DNA of 64,000 bases from Macrostomum lignano (Eukaryota). Shown in pieces: positions 13,288-22,225 of the stretch. Location of the stretch: positions 75,976 to 139,975 of the forward strand of contig NIVC01002793.1 in assembly GCA_002269645.1 (NCBI GenBank), written 5' to 3'. The number at the start of each line of letters is the position of its first letter. The first letter of the stretch is position 1. Made by a program: the position numbers and the translations under genes. Below the pieces are notes generated by a model, which saw nothing but the letters and a program-made list of their open reading frames with translations, did not search any database and was not told the DNA's origin.

Positions 13288-13872
13288 AACAATATTGAGT
13301 TTTGTCTTACTATGCAAGATTAGGTCTAGAATTATTTTATATAGTATATAGCTATCAATTTGCCTTTTTGGCTTTGCTTTATAGGTAATAATTTAAGGTC
13401 TTATTAATAGTGTATAAAATATATTAAAATTTGTTGAAAAATTGCAATAAATTCCCAAAAGTTATTGCAACTAAGAATGCTTTTTTGTATATACTTATAT
13501 GCCCAATACCCAGCCAGCCAGGTGGCAAGAGGTGTTGCCAAGTTAAGTGCAAAAATTTCAACTTAAAAATTGGACAAAGAGGAAGGGGATCTTAGCACGA
13601 GGGTGCTGCTTTTCTGATGCATTATGAAGTTGACCTACTTTTTCATGGAGCTGAACATCATTATACTGCTGAATTGCTAGAAAAGCTGCAACATGTAAGT
13701 ATAATTAAGTATGAATTCTATGAATAGTCTTTAGCTTTGGTCTTTCAAATAACATTACTGTTCTTTTCTGCTAAGGCTGCGTAACGGGAGCAGATGCAAT
13801 AATATTCCTTGCGAATAACAAAGCCATTTTTTAACATTATGATGTACCTTTGGGAATGTCTTAAGTCTAGTA

Positions 13873-15677
13873 CATACATGCGCAACTGCTGGCCAACCTG
13901 GCCAATCCGGCCACCGTAAATCGTGGCTGACCAGGGGTAAGTCGCAAAATTGAGTCAACCAAAAACAGAAAAACACAAGAACCAAGAAAGGCAAGAGGAA
14001 AGCGAAAGAAAGAGCAGTTCAGGGAAAATGGTGAAGCAAAAGAAAAACAATTCGCAAAAGAAGCAAACTAAGTTGTAAAAATAATCAGGTAAGTTGCAAA
14101 AAGGATTAGGTAAGTCACAAAAAGGATTAGGTAAGTCGCAAAAAGGATCAGCTAAGTCGCAATAAGAGGGAAGTAAGTCACAATCAGAGGCAATCAGGGG
14201 GTAGTAGGTGCAAGTGTGGCAGGAGAGCAAAAACAGAATAGAAGCCTTCAACAACAGACAAGATCTTTGAAATCAGAAGCCCGCGTCAACAGTTTCCCAT
14301 TGATTTCTTAAACTCTGGAGCAGGGGTTGGCAAACTCCGGCTCGCGAAGCCCCTCTATCTGGCCCTCGCCCCTCGGGTTCTTTGAAACTTCCTAACTACA
14401 AGTAGCAAGGTTGGTGTCTCTTCAACTCTCATCTCTCTCTTCTTCCCTACCTTGCCTCCCCTCTTCTCTCTCTCCCCCTTTTCCCTCTTCTCTCTCCTCT
14501 CATTTTTACTCTCCTCTCTTCTCGCCCTTTCTCTCTACCCTTTCTCCTCAATGCCCTCTTCTCTCCTCTTATTTTCAGCAAAAATATGTGCATATTTTCT
14601 TACTTCAAAGTAGAGGGAATAGAAGATTAGAGATAAGCAAACAGAGGAGAGGCGAGCGATGCGATGGGAGAAAAGATAGAAGAGGAGAGAAAAGCTAAGG
14701 GAGGAAAAAGATATGAGAGAGAAGAGGAGATGAGAGGAAAGAGGAAAGAAAAGATGATGGATGAGATCAGAAGAGAGGAAAGAGGAAAGAGGAGAGAGTA
14801 GATGAGAGAAGAGAGGATAAAGAGATGAGAGGAGAGTGAAGAGAGGAGAGATGAGAGAGTAGAAAAGAGAGGAGAGATAAGATGAGAGAGTAGAGTGGAG
14901 AGAGAGGAGAGGGAAGATAAGATGAGAGAGTAGAGTGGAATGGAGAGAGACGAGAGGAGAGATAAGAATGTAGAGAGGAGACAGAAGAGATAGGAGAGAA
15001 GAGGAAAGAGAGGAGAGAGGAGAGGAAAGAAAGAAGGGATAAGGGATGAGAGAGAAAAGAAAAAGAGGATAAGAAGATTGAGGAATGGAGAGAATTTGCA
15101 AAGGCCTCAAATCTTAGTTTAACATGCATTACTCCCATCTTTGCCTTTTTCCTAACTGTTAACAAGTTTTTGTTTGAGCATGACTTCAAATTTAGAATCT
15201 ATGCAAAAATAGTTCCAGGAATTAGAATTCAGTGGTTTAAAAATCTGTGGGTTTTCACAGCTTGTATCTCTACTGGATTCGTATTCTGCATCTGATGAGC
15301 CATCTGAATCAGGGCTCTCATCTTCCATGCCAAATTGTCTAGCAAATCGTTCTTGAGCTATAGGTCGCACTGTATTCACTTCACTTACTTCTGGACATTC
15401 ATGAATCATGACTTTTGTAGTATGCTCACTATACTGTTCTGACAATTTACTAATTGCTTCATGCCGCCACTAGATGACATACTGATTAGCTGTTATAAAA
15501 ACGCGAAATCTGCACGCAGCACTAATTAGCTGGCGAGGCATTTAGCTTTAAAATATGGTTATAGTTACTCCTGCCGTTTACCTAAAGTTTTTGCTTGGCT
15601 TTTTTATAGGTAAGTCGCAATTTTTATCGAAAACTAAGTCGCACGGCCAGCGTAATTTCAGAAGTTGCGCATGTATG
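13873..15677. mobile_element. 1805-bp non-autonomous DNA transposon, TIR CATACATGCGCAACT, 8-bp TSD (P- or hAT-type)
   Basis: Perfect 15-bp TIRs; TSD GTCTAGTA at 13865-13872 and 15678-15685; subterminal TAAGTCGCA motifs near both ends and an about 21-bp array at 14088-14200; no intact transposase. Confidence 0.88.
14410..15095. repeat. Low-complexity CT-rich tract followed by a GA-rich tract
   Basis: Pyrimidine-rich about 14410-14570, purine-rich about 14600-15095; produces the spurious Ser/Leu-rich ORFs. Confidence 0.9.
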
Positions 15678-15740
15678 GTCTAGTATGTTGGTACTGAGTA
15701 GCCTAGTTATATAACCAATTGCATTTCTGCTATATTTTAG

Positions 15741-17279
15741 GCGAAGAAAGCGATTATTGGTACAATTTATCAAAATGACCATTTTATGCTACTATTTGTT
15801 GACCTGCAACAGCACTATGTAGTAGTTGTAGATCTGGTGATGTCATCTCAGCAACTTGACCTTACATTCTGTTGTAACTTTAAGTAAGTAGGCTGCTTGA
15901 GCCACCTGATGTGTTTTAATAGTGAGCCTATACAATTATGTATTCCTCCTTTCTCCTTGACGTGCTGCAGTACCCGACCCAAAGTTATTGCCTTGTAAAA
16001 AGTGGTAATTGTGCCAATTTTGCCAAAACTGTGCCCTTTGGTGCAGTTATAAATGTATTTGACTGTCTTTTTGGCACACTTGGCACAATTATCCATTTTA
16101 ACTTAGTTGCCATTGAAATCCATGAAAATTCTTAATACCTAAACACAGCAACTATAATAACGCATTAAAAGGTACTTTTATACATGAAATTTAACTGCTT
16201 CAAATGGCAAATTTATTCATTAGGTGCGATGAATGAATCATTCCTTTGGTTTACAAGCACCGCAGAAAGTGACGACCACCAATTTAGAGAAAAGACTTTC
16301 AACACGCTTTGACAATTATTTTGCTCTTTGTTTACAATGGTTTTGTTCTGTCTGGAAGATTACTCCTTTTTTATAAACTATGTAGCTGATCAGACGCTAA
16401 ACTATTGTTTGCATGTTAAGTATTGCATATAATTGTTTTATTATACTAATTTCCTTTCATTATACCCTCAGCTCTATTTGACACTGCTTTGGCTAGCACG
16501 AGATGCATACTAGTACTATAAAGCATTCTATTCAGCAGGACAGTAATAGCTGCGGAATATTAGTGTGCATGTTTGCTGAGTTGCTGCTGTCAAACAGGTC
16601 ACTTAATGTAAACTCTGCCCCAAGAGTAATGTCACAGACTCATTTGAAGATGTGACAAAATTTGCTCCTCAAGGCACCTAAAAACGAAAATTTATGTTGG
16701 AAGTGTGGTGAGGAGGAGGCGGCTTCGCATGATAGTAACCCACGATGACTAGGTAAGTAGTCAGCTTTGACTTTTTTGTTAAGGTTATAAGGCATATATA
16801 TCCTTTGAACATAATATCTTGCTAGTTTAGGTTTGAAAGGTTCGAAACTTGCTAGTTTAGTTTAGGTTTGTAGCTTAAAGTTTACCATGGATAAGTAAGT
16901 AAACTCATCACAGTAACAATGAACAATGAACAATAACAATAACTGCCAACCTACAGCTACTAACCCAAAGGTTTTTGAAACTAAGTGAAAATTAAGTGAA
17001 AATGCAAAAAAAACATAAGAAAAAGCGGCAATGTTTTAAAAAGAAATGCCGATCATTTATTATTCTAGCTTATAATATCAAATGTTGTTCATTATACTTT
17101 TAAAATTCTTACAACAATTTTTGCCCATTGAAGTAGCTATTTTAAGACATTCCAACCACTCATTTTCATTGCATATTCCTTTTCAGATAGAGTGCGAAAC
17201 TTGCTCTCTCTGGTTTCACAAAGTGTGCGTCCAACAGTCCAGCACCCTGAGTTGTTTTTATTGTAGGATTCTGACTTAA
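15741..17279 (+). pseudogene. Fossil spliced gene: Ulp1/C48-type cysteine protease domain plus PHD finger, probably transposon cargo
   Basis: Exon from 15741 (after ttttag): AKKAIIGTIYQNDHFMLLFVDLQQHYVVVVDL (catalytic His/Asp), ending at gtaagt. Exon about 16470-16752: IQQDSNSCGILVCMFAE (Gln/Cys) ... LCWKCGEE...DD*, with stops and a frameshift. Exon from about 17187: IECETCSLWFHKVCVQQSSTLSCFYC (C4HC3 PHD). Confidence 0.75.
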
Positions 17280-17380
17280 TTTCATTTTCTGCAACTATGC
17301 TACAATATTTAGTATTTAGTATTTAGTATTTAGTATTTAATATTCAGTATTCCAACTGTAATTTTCTACCACATAGGAAC

Positions 17381-17400
17381 CATATATGCGCAACTTCCAA
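17381..17400. mobile_element. Solo terminus of the CATACATGCGCAAC TIR family
   Basis: CATATATGCGCAACTTCC matches the right TIR of 13873-15677 (reverse complement CATACATGCGCAACTTC); no partner end found. Confidence 0.45.
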
Positions 17401-18651
17401 AATTCGGTTTTTTCTTTTGTCGATTTTTTTCATTCGCAGCCACATGATTTTTTTTCTTTCAAACTCTTTACCAAAGCTGTCTAAACTTTAGCCAACTTTT
17501 TGGCAAAACACACTAAATTTGATACCAGTGCATTTCATTGCCCTTGCTTTTATGTATACATTTAAACATATTCAACTATTTTTGCTATTTACAGTGTCAA
17601 ATTAACAGCACTTAATTAGCATTTAAATATGGTTGGTAATTGGTATGTTTCTCTCACTGCTATGATGGGTTTTATGACTTATATACTTTAAAGGCAGTAA
17701 ATGCGGTTAAAATACTATCGTAATCTTGCTGTTGTTGGAAAGTGGCTTTATCACTCTATTTTATGGTGTGAGAATCATTTCATTTAATAAACTAGTTCAA
17801 CTAATTCATACTATCTCAATGGGAAACAATTGAAAGAGACACACAGAGGATGAATGACAAAAATGTTGGCTTTTCAGTGTTGTGCTCCTGGTGTCCAGTC
17901 TGTTTGCATAGCCAACAGTCCTCATTTAGGATATTAGGAATTTGATCAGCAAGAGCATTGGAGCCTAGAGCACATGGGTGGCCCAACCAAGGCAAATCAG
18001 AAAAAATTTGGACTGTGCTTCAAACTGCTCAACCTAGTTGTAAACGATCATCTCCTTTACCTCACTAGCCCCATTAAGAGTGACTAAATCGGCATGTATC
18101 ATTTAAATGCCTAAACGATTGTTTAAATGCCAAGCTTCTAAGGAATTGAATTAATCACACACTGTCTTTCCTTTGATTGCACGTCGTCTGTGGTGGACAA
18201 ACAAAATAATTGGTTTCCAATTTTGCTTAAAATGTGTAAAGCACTGTATTATAAATCGAAATTCTCAGTTAAAGTTTTAACAGTTTCCATGAATGTGAAG
18301 TTTAAGACTTATGCTACACCTCTCGTATTTAAATAATTACACTAAAAACAAATTTTCATTTCTTCCAGAACTTTTGGTCCTTTTTTCGCTCTTTTTAGTG
18401 GGATAATTGTTTAAATGATACTTGATATGCATAAATTATCTTTGCTTTGCAAATTCTGCCATATGTATCCAGGGCAAATAAAGTACTCATAAATTTACAA
18501 CAAAGACGATTGCATTTTTATATCAACTTGCTTTTTTAACGGATAAAGTAGACCAGGCATGCACTGCACCTGGTAGTCAGCCAGCTTGCACAGTGCCAGT
18601 ACATGTAGCTACATGTATGCACAAAGTATTTCGAAAAAGTTAGTATCTGTA

Positions 18652-19944
18652 CGAGGGGCACTATTAAAGTTCTGAGCCTGACCAAGATCTTATAGTGGCA
18701 AAGTGTTGAAACTTTAGGCTCTAAAAGCGCCACATGTTAATAGTCTATTGTCAACTTTTCAGAATTTTCTGCATTCCCTAAGTCCCACTGCACCATTTTA
18801 TTTCCAGCACCCCATGGCATTTTCTCAAGAATTGAAGCTTGAGCACAGGGCAGTGATTAAATTTCTGACTCTGGAGGGCTCAAAGCCTGCTGAAATTCAA
18901 AGCCGCATGGCTAGTGTGTACGCTGACGCTGCCCCCTCATACGCCACCATAAAGCGCTGGGCAGCCAAGTTCAAGCGTGGCCGCGACTCGCTCGAAGATA
19001 ACCCCCGATGTGGACGACCCCGGACTGCTGTCACTGCCGACAACATCCAGCGCATCCAGGCTCTGGTTGACAGTGACCAGCGGGTGAAAGTCAGGGAACT
19101 TGCGGCAGACACTGGACTCTCTGACCCGCAAGTCATTGAGATCCTGCACCAGCATCTTCATCTGTCCAAGGTTTCTGCCAGATGGATCCCACGAATCTTG
19201 ACAAGGGACCAAAAGACCGCACGGGTGCAGTACTCAAAGCTTGTCCTGGACTCCTACGATCCGGACCCTGCCAACTTTCTGTCCTGCTGCGTGACCGGGG
19301 ATGAGACGTGGATCCATCACCACGATCCCGAGTCCAAGCAGGAGTCCAAGCAGTGGCTGCCAGTTGGTTCACCTGCACCACTGAAGGCACGGACTGCATG
19401 CAGTGCGGGCAAGATTATGCTCACCGTCTTCTGGGATGCCAAGGGCCCGCTGCTGCTGGACTTTCTACCGCACAAGCAGACAGTCACAGGCGCCTACTAC
19501 ACTGACCTGATCGCCCGTCTGCGCGAAGCAATCAAGGAAAATAGGCGAGGGATGCTGAGCCAAGGTGTTGTGCTGCTGCACGACAATGCACCGGCCCACA
19601 CTAGCAGGATTGCCAAGGCTGCTGTCAGTGTCGCAGGGTTTCGAGAGCTGCCGCACCCAGCCTATTCACCAGACCTAGCCCCGAGCGACTTCCACCTGTT
19701 TCCACATCTCAAGCGGGCGCTCCGTGGACAGCGATTTGACACTGATGATGCGCTGAAGGATGCTGCAACTGCTTGGTTTGAGGGCTGCTCGGTGCAATTC
19801 TTCCAGAGTGGCATTGAGGCGCTGCGATCAAGATGCCATAAGTGCATCTTGGTTGGGGGAGACTATGTTGAGAAAAGCTGATCTCACTTTGCCCATATCT
19901 CCTCTCTTTCATATTAAGGCTCAGAACTTTAATAGTGCCCCTCG
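18652..19944 (+). mobile_element. Full-length mariner transposon (1293 bp), irritans/Hsmar2-like
   Basis: Perfect 28-bp TIRs CGAGGGGCACTATTAAAGTTCTGAGCCT; TA TSD at 18650-18651 and 19945-19946. Confidence 0.95.
18814..19881 (+). CDS. Intact DD34D mariner transposase, 355 aa
   Basis: First ATG 18814 (MAFSQELKLEHRAVIKF); motifs GRPRT, SARWIPRIL, TGDETW, LLHDNAPAH, YSPDLAPSDFHLF; 34 residues between the second and third Asp (counted). Confidence 0.95.
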   Translation: MAFSQELKLEHRAVIKFLTLEGSKPAEIQSRMASVYADAAPSYATIKRWAAKFKRGRDSLEDNPRCGRPRTAVTADNIQRIQALVDSDQRVKVRELAADTGLSDPQVIEILHQHLHLSKVSARWIPRILTRDQKTARVQYSKLVLDSYDPDPANFLSCCVTGDETWIHHHDPESKQESKQWLPVGSPAPLKARTACSAGKIMLTVFWDAKGPLLLDFLPHKQTVTGAYYTDLIARLREAIKENRRGMLSQGVVLLHDNAPAHTSRIAKAAVSVAGFRELPHPAYSPDLAPSDFHLFPHLKRALRGQRFDTDDALKDAATAWFEGCSVQFFQSGIEALRSRCHKCILVGGDYVEKS

Positions 19945-20062
19945 TAACGTTAGAAAATTTGGACATTAATTAGATCGAGCTTTTGATTCGAATTACTTTG
20001 GAGTGCCATACTACGATTATCTGATATTCTGATTTCACTGGCATTTAGTATTACATATTTAC

Positions 20063-20708
20063 TTAGTAATTATAGCTAGCATTTTGTATTAATTTGACTG
20101 CAAATAAATTTACCACTGAAAATATCATGCCCTCATTTACAATACAAATTGTTTGTAATCAGAAAATGCCAACTATTACATGTACATGTATATCAATTAA
20201 TGCAACTAAATGATGTGTAACACTGCAGTCTGCTGCAGTACCTTAACAAACATACATGAAGCTAACATGAATAGTACGAGCTATATATATGACCTTGCTC
20301 TAAGAAGTGACATTTTAAGTGTTGGAAGATGTATTGGCAGAATTAAAGCATCAGACACTGCAGCATTAATTTAGGTGTTGGAAAATATGTGTCGGTGAAT
20401 GTTAACTTTTACAACACCTTTTCCGACACTTTTTGCGACATTTTAAGGATCATAAAATGTGTCGGAAGATCTGTCTAAAAATGTGTTGGCAAAAGTTAAC
20501 CATTGCGACACTTTTTGCAACACTTTTTGCAACATTTTTAGTGTTATAAAATGTGTCAGAAGATCTATCTAAAAATGTGTCGGCGAAAGTTAGGCCTAAC
20601 TGGTGTGACACTTTTTTTGACACTTTTTGCAACATTTTAAGTGTTGCAAAAGAGTGTTGGAAAATCTGTCTGAAAATGTGTCAGCGAAAGTTATACAAGT
20701 ATAATGTA
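20063..20708. repeat. Right member of the long inverted-repeat pair, plus three degenerate tandem units of about 95 bp (20409-20700)
   Basis: Reverse complement of 9889-10228; GACACTTTTTGC(G/A)ACA subrepeats shared with 9749-9878. Confidence 0.85.
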
Positions 20709-21268
20709 CTAGTGTTATACTTAGTCTTAATATTCTGTGATAGAAAAATGATTGCATCATATTTTTGCTAACGAAAGAATAGCAGACAAACTAGCAGTAA
20801 ACAAAATGACCATCAATCTTTAAAAAAAACCTTTAGGCTTATAAAACCTTTTTTTTAAACTCAACTTATGAAAACCTGATGACCTATGGCTATACAATTT
20901 ATTGAAATTTTTCATTTTTGGTATATACTGGCATAGGCCATACATTTAGCTAGGATAGGATTTTTGTTCTGGCATACACTACTATACGATCCAGTCGAGA
21001 CCCTGGTTAAGCCCCTAGGCCTAATTAATAAATTTATAAAACTTAAATATTAAAAGTATTCATCATAGGGCCTATAAAAGTTTACTTTTTCTGCTATTTC
21101 AATTTTTAATTTGCCTTGCTACTATCGTTTGATCTACACATCTATGCAACTTAAGAATCATGAGATTTAATGGTTAGGCCTATGGCGAAGTTGGCTGGCT
21201 ATTTCAGTTGTAGCCTAGGCCCCTAATTTAAATAGGTTTCTAATAAAACATTGTGAATTTGATTGATG

Positions 21269-21841
21269 GGCAATCCTACACTTCCGTTCGGTAAATTGTT
21301 TTGACACTGAATTTTGAACAGGCGTGTTAAATAACAATGTAACCAAACAAAACTGAAACAGTGGAACATGGTAGCAGTCTGTTAGAGTGCATAGTCACTT
21401 AGAGTGTGTCTGCAGGTCATTAAGGTGTCTATAATGGATAGTAATGTCCAATCCAGTACAGGATAGCCCCAAATGGACATTGGGGATATAGTCTGACTAT
21501 AGACAATGCCAGAGGAATTCCTCAATGTGTGCATTGAAGAGAGCATCGCTCGTGCTATGCATGTTGCAGATCTTGCACTTTGCGTGGGCCTATGTGCCCT
21601 CCACGGTGTTGGTGTGGACTGTTGGGTCTGCTGGATCTACGAAGTGCAGCCGATGGGAAATGAGAAATTGAAGCTCAAAAAACAAGCAGCTCACAAGCAA
21701 CAGCTCCCTTAAACTGACACCCCCTTAAACTCTGTTCGCTCAAACTTTTGGCCATAGACACATTGCCAATTGACGTCATTTGACTCGGTGGTACGAATTC
21801 AAATGTTAAAATAATTTACCGAACGGAAGTGTAGGATTGCC
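21269..21841 (-). mobile_element. 573-bp Merlin (IS1595/IS1016-like) deletion derivative
   Basis: Perfect 29-bp TIRs GGCAATCCTACACTTCCGTTCGGTAAATT; 8-bp TSD GATTGATG (21261-21268, 21842-21849); minus-strand remnant HRLHFVDPADPTVHTNTVEGT*AHAK...HIEEFLWH matches the Merlin/IS1595 transposase C-terminal motif. Confidence 0.88.
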
Positions 21842-22225
21842 GATTGATGATATGATATGAAAATATGTAATATTTATTATTTACTTAGGCCTACTCCCCA
21901 CCTAGACTGAATTAGGCTTAATAACGACACTTGCTCACACAAGTTCTCTCTCGCACAAGTTAAATAAGAGCAAAAGCTAGACTTGATACAGCAAAAACAC
22001 AAACAGCAACACATGCTTTTGCCATCTCATTAATTAAAATCTGCATTTAGATTTTACCTGCCTGCTTTTCAGCTGGTGTTAATCATATCTTTAAATAGGC
22101 CTACACCTTTGTCGCATCATTTTTGTGTTGGAAATGCTTCTAGGTAGGAAATAGGAATTAGTTATGACCTGCGTCCTGCACTGTCCTGTCTGACAAGTTA
22201 TTTACGATAATTACCGATTTAAACT

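Larger units (their letters stand above)
13043..13309. mobile_element. Short Penelope-like (PLE)-type insertion with two inverted hammerhead-bearing arms and a 13-bp TSD
   Basis: 79-bp inverted arms 13069-13147 and 13235-13313 (6 differences); direct repeat CTATGCAAGATTA at 13030-13042 and 13310-13322. Confidence 0.7.

Noticed and set aside
16470-16752. Stop-codon read-through or alternative genetic code to rescue the Ulp1-PHD gene
   Set aside because: The same exon also has a frameshift, and intact genes in the window use TAA/TAG/TGA as normal stops.
18748-18813. N-terminal extensions given by the ORF track (also 55499-55714 and 59917-59994)
   Set aside because: They begin at non-ATG codons; homology starts at the first ATG (18814, 55715, 59995).
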